IMG/VR virus record: IMGVR_UViG_3300009503_000019
Coordinates: 32,001-96,000 of that record
Source of the DNA: a virus
Length of the DNA stretch: 64,000 nucleotides
Strand: one strand, 5' to 3'
The notes under the pieces were generated by a model. It was not told where the DNA came from. It saw nothing but the letters and a program-made list of their open reading frames with translations, and ran no database searches. Both the position numbers and the translations under genes were made by a program. Positions 1-9,500 of the stretch are shown here, one piece after another (the stretch's first letter is position 1; each line of letters opens with the position of its first letter).

Positions 1-1
1 A

Positions 2-781
2 CAAATTCCTATTGTAGAATTGATGGATGCATTAGAAAAAAGGATTATTCGTGTTATGAATGTTCCTCTTGAATTTGCATACGGAGGTGCTGGCTTTACA
101 TGGTCTGGAACGAGTGTAGGAATAAGAATGCTGGAAAATCTATTTACTAATGCTCGATTTGTTGCAATATCGTTATTAAAATTCATATTGCAAAAGATGC
201 AAGATATTTATCAAATTGATACACAGAAACTAAATATCAGATTTACAGATATGAAAACTGCAGATGATTTAGCACGAACCAGATTACTATTTGAACTTGC
301 ACAAGGAAATAGAATATCATGGTCAACACTTTTAAGAGAGGTTGGTTTAAATTATGAAGAAGAAATGAAAACATTAAAAAAAGATACCGAATTGTTTGCA
401 GAATTTATGGCAGCATCTGCATTGGCTGAGGCACATGCCCAAAGAGAAGCACAAAAGACTTTAGCAACAACTCCTCTATATCAACAAATGATGCAACAAA
501 TAGTAGCGGCTGGATTATCTATACCTTCTGACGAGGCAATTTCTCTTCCACCTCCAGTATTAGAGTTTTTGGGTCAAATAATGCAATTAGCACCGGCAGA
601 ACAAGAATATATATTAAGAATGATGGAAAAAAAGATGCCTACTCTTGTTAAATATACGAGGAAAATTTTAGAAAAAATAAAACTGAGAGCCCCCTCCCCT
701 CCACAAAGCGAGGAGGGCACAGAAGAATCTTTGCCTGAAGAAAAACCCCCACGGCGTGAGGGGGAAAAGAAACTTATTTAG
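2..781 (+). CDS. Probable portal protein, C-terminal part (5'-truncated by window)
   Basis: Frame is open from position 2. Segment ALEKRIIRVMNVPLEFAYGG...NIRFTDMK...ISWSTLLREVGLNYEEE resembles a portal wing/crown, followed by a low-complexity tail. Phage head genes lie downstream. Confidence 0.5.
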   Translation, partial: QIPIVELMDALEKRIIRVMNVPLEFAYGGAGFTWSGTSVGIRMLENLFTNARFVAISLLKFILQKMQDIYQIDTQKLNIRFTDMKTADDLARTRLLFELAQGNRISWSTLLREVGLNYEEEMKTLKKDTELFAEFMAASALAEAHAQREAQKTLATTPLYQQMMQQIVAAGLSIPSDEAISLPPPVLEFLGQIMQLAPAEQEYILRMMEKKMPTLVKYTRKILEKIKLRAPSPPQSEEGTEESLPEEKPPRREGEKKLI

Positions 782-960
782 TTTTCTTTTTTTTCGTAAT
801 AATAGTTGTCATATGTGTTTGATTGTTGGGAATTATTATCAACATTATAAAGTTGATTATTATAATCCCCGTATAATTTTTGGTTGATTTTGTCCTGGAT
901 ATACTGTCCAACCATTTGTCCTATTAAATATCCTATTGCACCAAAAAGTTTGTCTAACAT
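778..960 (-). CDS. Small hypothetical protein (60 aa, Asn/Tyr-rich tail)
   Basis: GGAGG RBS precedes ATG at 960; the track start at 1038 is probably an over-extension. Confidence 0.45.
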   Translation of the reverse strand: MLDKLFGAIGYLIGQMVGQYIQDKINQKLYGDYNNQLYNVDNNSQQSNTYDNYYYEKKEN

Positions 961-1104
961 AATATTCACCTCCTTCCAATATATAGTCGGTTCAATTGAC
1001 TCATTCCAATAGATTCTTCTGTGCCTCCAAATTAACAATTGATTTATAACAGGAAATTTAATTTTTTTTTGATTTTAGATTTTTTTTCTTGTATAATTGT
1101 ATTT

Positions 1105-1401
1105 ATGACGAGAATAAAATTTGATGTTTTCAATCTTTTATCTAAACGGGATGTCAACCGACTTAATAAAATTTTGAATGATCCTCATGTTTCTATATTG
1201 AAGTTTGAGATTAGAGATAATAATGCAATTGGATTGCGTCTTATAATGCAATGGAATGAATTTGATGAATCTATTCCAAAACAAATAGAAAAGATGATAA
1301 ATCTAGTTCCAGAAGAAGATTTGAGTAAGTATCCTGAAATTAAACATGAAACTAACGAAGAAAGGAAACGAAAGATGAAGGAGTCAACGGAACTTAAATG
1401 A
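1105..1401 (+). CDS. Hypothetical protein
   Basis: ORF downstream of a TTGATT...TATAAT promoter-like element; overlaps the next start (ATGA-type coupling). Confidence 0.55.
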   Translation: MTRIKFDVFNLLSKRDVNRLNKILNDPHVSILKFEIRDNNAIGLRLIMQWNEFDESIPKQIEKMINLVPEEDLSKYPEIKHETNEERKRKMKESTELK

Positions 1402-1928
1402 ATACAAATTCTCAAATAGAGCGGACAAAAGAATATGCAAGACAATTGGCAGAACAATTAAAACTAAGTCCAAAACCAATTGTAACATTTCATCCTGCGG
1501 GTGCTTTTGCATATCAACCATCTAAAGGCAAGCCAATCGTTTATTTATATCAATTCACACCAGAAGAACTGGCACATGAAATGGGACATATATATTTATT
1601 TCAGAGACATCCATTTTTATCATCTGTTGCTCAAAGTTTGTATGAGTTGCGGCCATTAACTACTTTTCTAGGGGGGATCACACCTATAGCTCTGATACGA
1701 GAAAGACCGTTGTGGGGGAAACCATTGTTAAAATCAATACCGTTGTCTATTTTAGGAATGTTGGCAGGTTATGGAATAGCAACTATTCCGAAATTGTTAG
1801 AAGAATCGGCTGCAACACAAGTTGGTATAAGAGGTTTGAAACAGTTAGGATATCAGCCTGCGCCTGGACTAACTCGAAGAGAAATGAAATTCTTGTATAG
1901 TTATGCGAAACCACATGTTTCAAGTTGA
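1398..1928 (+). CDS. HExxH putative zinc metallopeptidase with hydrophobic/Gly-rich helices
   Basis: LAHEMGH motif, downstream EESAA glutamate, two hydrophobic segments. Confidence 0.55.
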   Translation: MNTNSQIERTKEYARQLAEQLKLSPKPIVTFHPAGAFAYQPSKGKPIVYLYQFTPEELAHEMGHIYLFQRHPFLSSVAQSLYELRPLTTFLGGITPIALIRERPLWGKPLLKSIPLSILGMLAGYGIATIPKLLEESAATQVGIRGLKQLGYQPAPGLTRREMKFLYSYAKPHVSS

Positions 1929-1953
1929 CAAATAATGAAATTTGTGTTAATAT
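1925..1953 (+). promoter_or_regulatory. sigma70/sigmaA-like promoter
   Basis: TTGACA-N17-TAATAT immediately upstream of ORF 1963. Confidence 0.6.
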
Positions 1954-1962
1954 AAATGCAAC

Positions 1963-2235
1963 ATGTGGAATGATATTTTTAAAATTGCTTATCTGAAGAC
2001 TTTAGTAAAAGAAGCCGGAGTTTTACCATTGACTAAACAGGAAGAATTATGGAAAGCTCTAAAAAAAATGAGACAAGCATTAGGGCATGCTACTTTTGAA
2101 CAGGTGTTACCATCAACAATTGGCAGAGAAACAGAATACTTTACTAAAGCAAGGGCATTAAAAACAATGCCATGGCAGAGATTTACAGAAGAACTTTATA
2201 GAGAGGTACCACAAGTTCGATATTTATATAAATAA
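1963..2235 (+). CDS. Small protein with MW..IF..AY..K-x-A leader (putative capsid cargo)
   Basis: MWNDIFKIAYLKTLVKEAG N-terminus shared with paralogous leaders. Confidence 0.6.
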   Translation: MWNDIFKIAYLKTLVKEAGVLPLTKQEELWKALKKMRQALGHATFEQVLPSTIGRETEYFTKARALKTMPWQRFTEELYREVPQVRYLYK

Positions 2236-2255
2236 TGATTTTTGGAGGTAAAAAA

Positions 2256-2645
2256 ATGTGGCTAAAATATTTGATTGAAATGGAAAAACAGGCAGCAGAA
2301 TTTAGATTAACAACCCTATCACCAAGGGCACGAATGTTGATAAGAGACCTAATAGGAAAAATTGAAAAAGAACGAGCAGCTCAAGCACCAGTATTAAAAG
2401 AAACGTTACAAAAGATGTTACCTATTCCAGCATATGTGCCTCCGCCACAGCCCGGTTTTCTAAGAGGTTTACTTGAAGATACTTTAAATGTGCTCCGTGA
2501 ACCTCGTCGACAGCTTCCTCTTATTTTATCTCCGAAGACATGGAGAGGAGATATTGCTGTTGCAAGAAGGCAATTAGCAAGAAGGATGCGTGGTGCAGGA
2601 CAAGCAATGAGAAGGAGATTAGGGCAACTATTTCCTTTAAGATAA
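2256..2645 (+). CDS. Arg-rich small protein with MW...EKQA leader (putative capsid cargo)
   Basis: GGAGG RBS before ATG 2256; MWLKYLIEMEKQAAE; basic C-terminus. Confidence 0.6.
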   Translation: MWLKYLIEMEKQAAEFRLTTLSPRARMLIRDLIGKIEKERAAQAPVLKETLQKMLPIPAYVPPPQPGFLRGLLEDTLNVLREPRRQLPLILSPKTWRGDIAVARRQLARRMRGAGQAMRRRLGQLFPLR

Positions 2646-2663
2646 AAAATTAGCGAGGTTAAG

Positions 2664-2972
2664 ATGTGGAAAGAAATTTTTGATGAAGCATATGTAAAGT
2701 TAGCAAAGAAGCTAACTTATCGAGAGCGTCAGCAACTCCCAGACAGTGCATTTGCTATACCTGAAGAACGTAGATATCCTATTATGGATCGAGCGCATGC
2801 GAAAAATGCTCTTGCACGAGTAGCTCAGTTTGGAACTCCTGAAGAGAGACAGAGAGTGCGTGAAGCGGTTTACAGAAGATATCCTGATTTGAAAGAGCAG
2901 CGTGAAGAAAAAATTGGTCGTCCAATGTCTCGTAGAGAGTTAAAAGAAAAAAAGAAACTCCCAAAAAAATAA
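2664..2972 (+). CDS. Small basic protein, DUF6582-like domain, with MW..IF..AY.KLA leader
   Basis: LPDSAFAIPEERRYPIMDRAHAKNALARV resembles the small helical DUF6582-type domain found in phage head proteins (recalled, not searched). Confidence 0.6.
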   Translation: MWKEIFDEAYVKLAKKLTYRERQQLPDSAFAIPEERRYPIMDRAHAKNALARVAQFGTPEERQRVREAVYRRYPDLKEQREEKIGRPMSRRELKEKKKLPKK

Positions 2973-2984
2973 AAAATTAATTAT

Positions 2985-3779
2985 TTAATCCATTGCATAA
3001 GTATTTTCAGGCATTGATGCAATAATTTCTTCTAAATCTGGTAATTTTTTGGTTTTTTTCATAGTTTCCAGATGTTTTCTTATTTCAATAGCCCTACAAT
3101 ATCTTTTTACTTCTTCTGGGCAATAAGCACATAATGGACCGAATTCTGCAATTGAATTCGATATATCTTTTGAACCTTCATGAATTGCTTTAATTCTGTC
3201 AATTATAAAGTTTTTAATTTCTGTAGAGTTTTCAATGTCAACTTGAAATCTTTTTACTCCACGCATTGAAATATATATTAATTCTAATCGCTTAATATTG
3301 TCACTATGAGTTTTTTCATACATATATTTGTATAAATTTACTTGTTTTTTATGTGCTTCATATGGATGATATGGAAATTCCGATGTTGTTTTGTAATCTC
3401 TTAAAATTTTATTTTTGATATCAATTTCATCAATTCTTCCTACAATTTTTTCATTGTGTAATAAAAGCTGTACATCATATTCAGTTAATAAATTTTTATT
3501 ACTATGAAATTCTACTGCTAAATGTAATCCAGTTCCTCTAAATTTAAAAAATAGATTTTCAGGTTTTTCTAAGTAATCAATTTGTCTTTTCAATACTTTT
3601 TGTCTTGGACATACTGTCAAATCAGTAACATGAATATCTTCATCCATTCTTTCTTTTATCATACTCCTTAATATACTTGCCGTATAATCACATGGATTAT
3701 CTCCACTTTCTGCACATGTTAAACATTCTTTAACAGTAAATACATTTTTTCTTTTATTACACATTATTCCTTTTATCAT
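2985..3779 (-). CDS. Cas4-like PD-(D/E)xK exonuclease with Fe-S cysteines
   Basis: IHVTDLTVCPRQ, GRIDEID, RDYKTT, QVNLY and C-terminal CAYCP...YC; extra N-terminal CxxC. Confidence 0.8.
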   Translation of the reverse strand: MIKGIMCNKRKNVFTVKECLTCAESGDNPCDYTASILRSMIKERMDEDIHVTDLTVCPRQKVLKRQIDYLEKPENLFFKFRGTGLHLAVEFHSNKNLLTEYDVQLLLHNEKIVGRIDEIDIKNKILRDYKTTSEFPYHPYEAHKKQVNLYKYMYEKTHSDNIKRLELIYISMRGVKRFQVDIENSTEIKNFIIDRIKAIHEGSKDISNSIAEFGPLCAYCPEEVKRYCRAIEIRKHLETMKKTKKLPDLEEIIASMPENTYAMD

Positions 3780-4545
3780 TATATCCTCCTTGTACTAATC
3801 TGATCATATTATAAAATTCATCACAATCATAGAATTTATATTTATCCCCAAAAAATATTCCAAGATATTTAATAGTTTTTTTAGTGAGTATCTTAATTAT
3901 GAAAGATGTTGCTAATGATGCTCCAATGATATTCCATATTGGAAGTATACCATTTCCACAATGTACTTTTGACACGTTATTCTTTGATAACATTATATGC
4001 CATGGGACTATGTCAGTAATTTTGAATCCATCAAATATTTGTTTACCTGATTTATGTCTTATATTATAATATTGTGAGGAATGACTTATTGGAAATAATA
4101 GAGTTTGCCCTCCATTTTCATGAACGCCAGTATCGATGATTGCGATAATTTTTGAAATTAAAAAACGTGAACAATGATGGAATATTTTCAGTCGGGTTTC
4201 GAAGTTATCAACACACAAAACAATAATTGCATACATATTTAAAAAATTATTAATTGCATATTCTATTTTGTTTATTATATAGTACAAATTTGAGTATATT
4301 TTTGAATATCTTTGTGCTATGACCTCAGCTTTATATTTTTTTAAATCACTTTTTATAAAGTTCTGATTTAATAAATTTTTTTCTTCTACTCTATCAAAAT
4401 CTATAACAACAATATCTATATTTTTTAAATTTAATGCAGTTAGATTTCTTGCTAGAAAATTAGTGAGATAACTTCCAGTCGCTCCTGCGCCAACTATAAG
4501 TATGTTTATAGGGGCATCATAATCTTGTAAGTTAGCATATAGCAT
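3757..4545 (-). CDS. ThiF/E1-like adenylating enzyme
   Basis: GAGATG nucleotide loop, DFDRVEEKNLLNQNF, KAEV, CVDN..TR, IDTG, candidate catalytic Cys in VHCG. Confidence 0.85.
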   Translation of the reverse strand: MLYANLQDYDAPINILIVGAGATGSYLTNFLARNLTALNLKNIDIVVIDFDRVEEKNLLNQNFIKSDLKKYKAEVIAQRYSKIYSNLYYIINKIEYAINNFLNMYAIIVLCVDNFETRLKIFHHCSRFLISKIIAIIDTGVHENGGQTLLFPISHSSQYYNIRHKSGKQIFDGFKITDIVPWHIMLSKNNVSKVHCGNGILPIWNIIGASLATSFIIKILTKKTIKYLGIFFGDKYKFYDCDEFYNMIRLVQGGYNDKRNNV

Positions 4546-4546
4546 T

Positions 4547-5056
4547 TTATTCCTCCAGTGCGAGAAATTTTAAAAATACTTCTATGTTAATTTTTTTATA
4601 TAGAAAATTTGGTTTTTGAGAGAACGGCATTAATATAAATTTTTGAACTGCATCTTGTGCTGAATGCGGTATATAGTTGTTATAGCATATAGCTTTAAAT
4701 TCAGGTATTTCTTGAAATCCATCAATTTGATTTGGCATTTGTGGGAATATGCCTATAGATTCATTAGGAGTATTTCTATCTATTATACCAAAAAGGAATG
4801 TCTTTTTATTTTTTAAAACAATAAATAATTTTAAATTAGATGGTATTTCAATTTTTTCTATTATCTTATTATCGTTATTACCATTAATATAATACAGGTA
4901 TTTACTATCAACAAATTTGATGTCCAGAGATTTAATGAATTTATTTTTAAATAATATACTTAGCGGAACAATTTTAGTTCCTTTTATAGTATGGATATAT
5001 GCTACTTTATTTGTGTCGGGGTATATATCCATTTTCTTTGATTTATTCATTATCAT
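4547..5056 (-). CDS. Putative prokaryotic E2-like (family D / PRTRC protein B-like) conjugating enzyme
   Basis: FPQMPNQIDG...AICYN...FILMPFS resembles the APFxNxxxDGxICWG...FFxSPF pattern; adjacent to E1. Confidence 0.55.
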   Translation of the reverse strand: MIMNKSKKMDIYPDTNKVAYIHTIKGTKIVPLSILFKNKFIKSLDIKFVDSKYLYYINGNNDNKIIEKIEIPSNLKLFIVLKNKKTFLFGIIDRNTPNESIGIFPQMPNQIDGFQEIPEFKAICYNNYIPHSAQDAVQKFILMPFSQKPNFLYKKINIEVFLKFLALEE

Positions 5057-5291
5057 CCTCCCATTTGATTGTTATGCCTGTTCCGTTTAATACGAATTTG
5101 ATAAAGGAGTTAATATTTTTATCCCAAAGATATTTTTCATTAGTCAATGTATTTTTTATTTTTTCTGGATATATGAGGATTAAATGTGGGAATAGAAAGA
5201 TATTATATTTTTCAAATGCGGTGCGTAATCGTTCATAGAATTTTGATTTTTCCAAAATTTTATATAAATTCTTCGTCGGTTTCATAATCAC
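5043..5291 (-). CDS. Hypothetical protein in RT-E1-E2 operon
   Basis: ORF overlaps both neighbours. Confidence 0.55.
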   Translation of the reverse strand: MIMKPTKNLYKILEKSKFYERLRTAFEKYNIFLFPHLILIYPEKIKNTLTNEKYLWDKNINSFIKFVLNGTGITIKWEDDNE

Positions 5292-5649
5292 CCTCCAAAG
5301 ACTTTAATTGATTTGCAATTTCTTTTAAAACGTCTATATTTTTATGTATTTCAATAAAAAAATTTATTGCTTTATAAAGATCTTCTTTCAATTTAGGATC
5401 CAATGATAAATCCGGATCGAATTCTAATTTGAAATTATATCCCTTTTCACCAACAATTAATCCGACTTTATAAATAGAATCATCAATTTTTTCTATATTA
5501 TTTTCGTCAATTTTTATGTTAAGTCCGTCTAATTCATGAATAATTTCTTTTTTAATTTCTTCTTCTGACAGGGTATCATTCAATTCCAATACAATTTCAA
5601 AATCTGTGCTTGTTGGGTAGTTAGGACCTACTATTTTAATTTCTTTCAT
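5260..5649 (-). CDS. Putative ubiquitin-like protein (PRTRC protein C-like) with C-terminal extension
   Basis: First 70 aa end IYKVGLIVGEKG, resembling the ..F.RAVGTKG end of PRTRC-C/Prok-Ub proteins; AGGAGG RBS. Confidence 0.5.
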   Translation of the reverse strand: MKEIKIVGPNYPTSTDFEIVLELNDTLSEEEIKKEIIHELDGLNIKIDENNIEKIDDSIYKVGLIVGEKGYNFKLEFDPDLSLDPKLKEDLYKAINFFIEIHKNIDVLKEIANQLKSLEGDYETDEEFI

Positions 5650-5667
5650 TTTAGTACCTCCTTATTT

Positions 5668-6477
5668 TTATTTGTTCATTATTTCTATAATATTTTTCCA
5701 TGAACGGTATCCCATCAATTTTTTGTGAAGATTTTCATCATAATTTTTTTCTAAATGATGCTGTAATCCACGTATGGTATGAGAATGCTTCTGTCGAATT
5801 TTTGCTACGATTTTTCCATCATAATCATCTCTATATATAGTGAATCCAAGCATTTTTACAAATGGTTTGTTTTCAGATTTATATGGAATTTTTCTACATT
5901 TGAATTTTGATATTTTGAAACCGTAGTTTAGTATTGAAGCTACTAAGTATTTATTCATTTTTTTATCTGAGTGAAACATATAAAAATTATCTATATAATT
6001 TATAATTGCTACTGCTTTATATTTAAAAATATAATCAAACATTCTGAATAATTTAAATAAAGCAAATGAAGACAATCTAGGCGAAGTTGGTGCGCCTTGA
6101 GGCAATATTAATTTTCCTTTATATTCAACAAAACATTTTTCTACAATATTTATAAATTTTGAATTGCTCCATTTGTAGAAAATATTTAATAGATAATCTG
6201 GAGTCACATTCGTAAAAAAATTTTTGATATCACACGCTGTTAAGAATATTTCATCGGGATTAGGATCGTAAAATTGTGCGTTAATGAATTTAAATATGTA
6301 GCTTGGAGAACATTTATGTTGACCCAATATTATAGTGTTTTTTAATTTTGGATATTTAATTATTGCTAATTCATGATGTAGAATTTCTTTTTGTTGTTTT
6401 TTTAAATCATCATCTGGAATATGGAGGATTCTAAATCCTCCTTTCCTTTTTGGGATTTTAATAATTTTATACGGCAT
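5668..6477 (-). CDS. Compact reverse transcriptase (retron/UG-like) with YIDN in place of YxDD
   Basis: IPKRKGGFRILHIPDDDLKKQQ, DIKNFF, LPQGAPTSPRLS, NYIDNF, MLGF; GGAGG RBS. Confidence 0.85.
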   Translation of the reverse strand: MPYKIIKIPKRKGGFRILHIPDDDLKKQQKEILHHELAIIKYPKLKNTIILGQHKCSPSYIFKFINAQFYDPNPDEIFLTACDIKNFFTNVTPDYLLNIFYKWSNSKFINIVEKCFVEYKGKLILPQGAPTSPRLSSFALFKLFRMFDYIFKYKAVAIINYIDNFYMFHSDKKMNKYLVASILNYGFKISKFKCRKIPYKSENKPFVKMLGFTIYRDDYDGKIVAKIRQKHSHTIRGLQHHLEKNYDENLHKKLMGYRSWKNIIEIMNK

Positions 6478-6542
6478 GTTTCCTCCGAAATCTGGATTTA
6501 TTATTTGAATTTATAACAAAAAATTGATAAATTTAATGTCAA

Positions 6543-9500
6543 ATGCTGAAAGGGTATATTGAAGCTATTCAGAATCTCTTTCCCATTGATTCCCCAAATT
6601 ATACAATTAATGTATCTAATATAACGCCTAAGATCAAAGAAGATGTTTTTATTCCTGAGAATATAAAAAAAATGAAATTGGAAGGAAAGATTTTGACTAC
6701 TCCTATATATGCAGATGTTACAATTACTGACAAAAATGGTAAAGTTATTAGTTCCAGGAAACAGATGAAGATTGCAGAAATACCTGCACTTATTCCTGCA
6801 ACAAATTCTTATCTTGGAGGTAAAGGTAAAGAAATTACTATATTGGGTCAATTTAGATTCAAGCCAGGAATTTATACTATAATTCCATCTTCTGGTAATG
6901 TTAAAACAACTTTTCATTTAAAAGGTACGAGTTTTCATCTGACAAGCGATGCAGGAAAATTATATTTCACTGTAGATTCAAAACATTTCGCTATCTATCC
7001 AATATTAAAATTTTTTGGTATTACTGATAATGATATTATTAATAATTTTGGAAATAAATTTTTAGAGGATAATAAAATAGATATTTCTCCTGCAGAAATG
7101 GAAAGATTGATAAAGAGATTTTACAAAAATATTTCAAGAGATCAACGTTCCGAAGATGAGATTAGTATCAATGATATTATAACATATTTTTCAGGTAATA
7201 TTTTTGATCCGAATGTAAACAAAGTCACATTAGGTCAGGATTTTTCTCAATTAAATAAAGAAACATTATTAGCAGCTATTAAGAAATTTTTAAATGTTTC
7301 TACTGGAGTTGAACCACCAGATTCAAAAGATTTATTAATATTTAAAAGATTTCATAATGTAAATGATTTTATTAAAGAACGTATAGAAGGTCTTAAATGG
7401 CAATTAAAAAAGAAAATTCAGCGAAATCTTGAATTACATCCAGAGGAGATTCGCCGGGTTTTACCTACTGGATTATTGTCTAAACCATCGTTTGAATTAT
7501 TGAATTCTTCAGTAGCGTCTATGGAAAAATATACTAATCCCGCATCAATATTATCGGCAATGACGAAAATGACTTATCTTGGGGAAGGAGGATTACAGAC
7601 TGAATATGCCGCTACACCAGAAATGCGAAATTTCAATTTTTCTATGCTTTCAACCTTAGATCCTATACAAATGCCAGAGTCTGAGAAAATTGGGTTAGTT
7701 TTTCATGCTGCTTTGGGTGCTAATGTAGATAATCAAGGTAATATAACTAAAATTGTTTTCAATCATAAAACTGGAAAATATGAAACAATAAGTGGAACTG
7801 ATTTCTGGATAAAAAATATTGCTTTTCCTGATCAATATGAAAACGGTAAATTCAAGAATCCAAATTCAGTTAAAGTTATGAATGAAGGTAAAATAAAATA
7901 TGTAAAATCTAAAGATGTAGATTATATTCTTCCTATGAGTACTTCTTTTTCAATGCTTAGTTCGTTAATTCCAATGATTTCATCATTCCATCCTACAAGA
8001 GCTTTAATTGCTTCTAAAATGATTGGGCAAGCTTTGGCATTAAAGAATAAAGAAGCGCCTTTAGTTCAAAGTGAGATCCCTTCAGAATTATTAGAAATCA
8101 GGAAACAATTACATCCTGAATTGACTGGTGCCTTATCTGATCATTTAGAACATTCTAATTCCTTTGAAGAATTATTAGGTGCAAAATATTCTGTTGTTTC
8201 CCCAGTTAATGGAACGGTTACGTTAGTATCCAAAGATGAAATTGTCATTACTGATAAAAAAGGAGAAAAATACAGATTTCCTCTATATAATAATTTTCCC
8301 GTATATCCAGATTCTTTTATTCATCAGGAGCCTATAGTAAAAGTTGGTGATAAAGTTTCAAAAGGGATGCCATTAGCTAAAAGTAATTTTACTGATGGTA
8401 AAACATTAGCATTAGGTACTAATTTATTAACGGCTTATATACCTTTTAAAGGGTATAATTATGAAGATGCTATAGTTATATCAGAGAGTGCATCAAAAAA
8501 ATTGACTTCAGAAAGAATTATACATGAATATTTTGAAATTCGAGAGGGTATGATTCTTGATAAAAATAAATTTAGAGCAATTTTTCCAACATTATTATTA
8601 GAAGAAAATGCACGCAAATTAGATGATGATGGTGTAGTCAAAAAAGGAGCAATTGTTAAAAAAGGAGAAATTTTAATTGCGGCATTAATGCCTCGTATTA
8701 TAACTCCAGATGAATATCAACTTATGCGTATACACAGGAAATTAGTGCCTAAGTATCGTGATGCTTCATTAGTATGGAATAGGGAGAACGACGGAGAAGT
8801 TATAGAAGTGCGCAAAACAAGACATTCAATAAGTTTATTAATAAAAACATCAGATCCTGCTGAGATTGGTGATAAATTGGTAGGACGATTTGGTGAAAAA
8901 GGGCTCATTGCTTATATAGTTCCAGATAGTGAAATGCCAAGAACTAAAGATGGAAAGGTAATTGATGTCATTTTTAATCCATTAAGTGTTATTTCAAGAA
9001 TTAATACTGGACAATTAGTAGAACTTGCATTAGGTAAAGTTGCTCAGAAACAAGGAAAACCAATTTATGTTCCTTTATTCACAAAACAAAATTATGTAGA
9101 ATATGCAAAAAAATTATTGAAAGATCATGGATTATCCGACACCGAAACATTAATTGATCCAAAAACTGGAAAAGAAATACCTAATGTGATGGTTGGTCCA
9201 AAATATATATTTAAATTGGAACATGAGATTAAAGATAAATTAGATGCTCGTTACAAAGGTTCTTACGATATGGATTTAGCACCTGCTAGACAAGGAGAAG
9301 AAGGGGCAAAAGCATTAGATACTTATACTGCATATGGATTATTTGCACATGGAGCACTAGCAAATTTAAAAGAAATGGCAACATATAAAGCAGAGAAGAA
9401 TGATGCATTCTGGGATGCAATTGAAAATGGTTTTATGTTGCCAGCACCTAAACCTACATTTGCAATGGATAAATTTTTAGCAATGTTAAAATCTGCAGGG

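Noticed and set aside
688-772. GC-rich hairpin-like sequence at the end of the portal gene
   Set aside because: Lies in coding sequence for a Pro/Glu-rich tail; stems are imperfect; at most a weak terminator at a convergent junction.
2985-3779. CRISPR-Cas locus suggested by the Cas4-like gene
   Set aside because: No cas1/cas2 and no repeat-spacer array seen anywhere in the window.
5668-6477. Group II intron or DGR
   Set aside because: RT is only 269 aa with no maturase/endonuclease; flanking ORFs are intact; I found no TR/VR pair with adenine-specific mismatches, though I could not run an exhaustive self-alignment.
6478-6542. Retron msr-msd upstream of the RT
   Set aside because: Only 65 nt, AT-rich, occupied by an RBS and probable divergent promoters; no a1/a2 inverted repeats.
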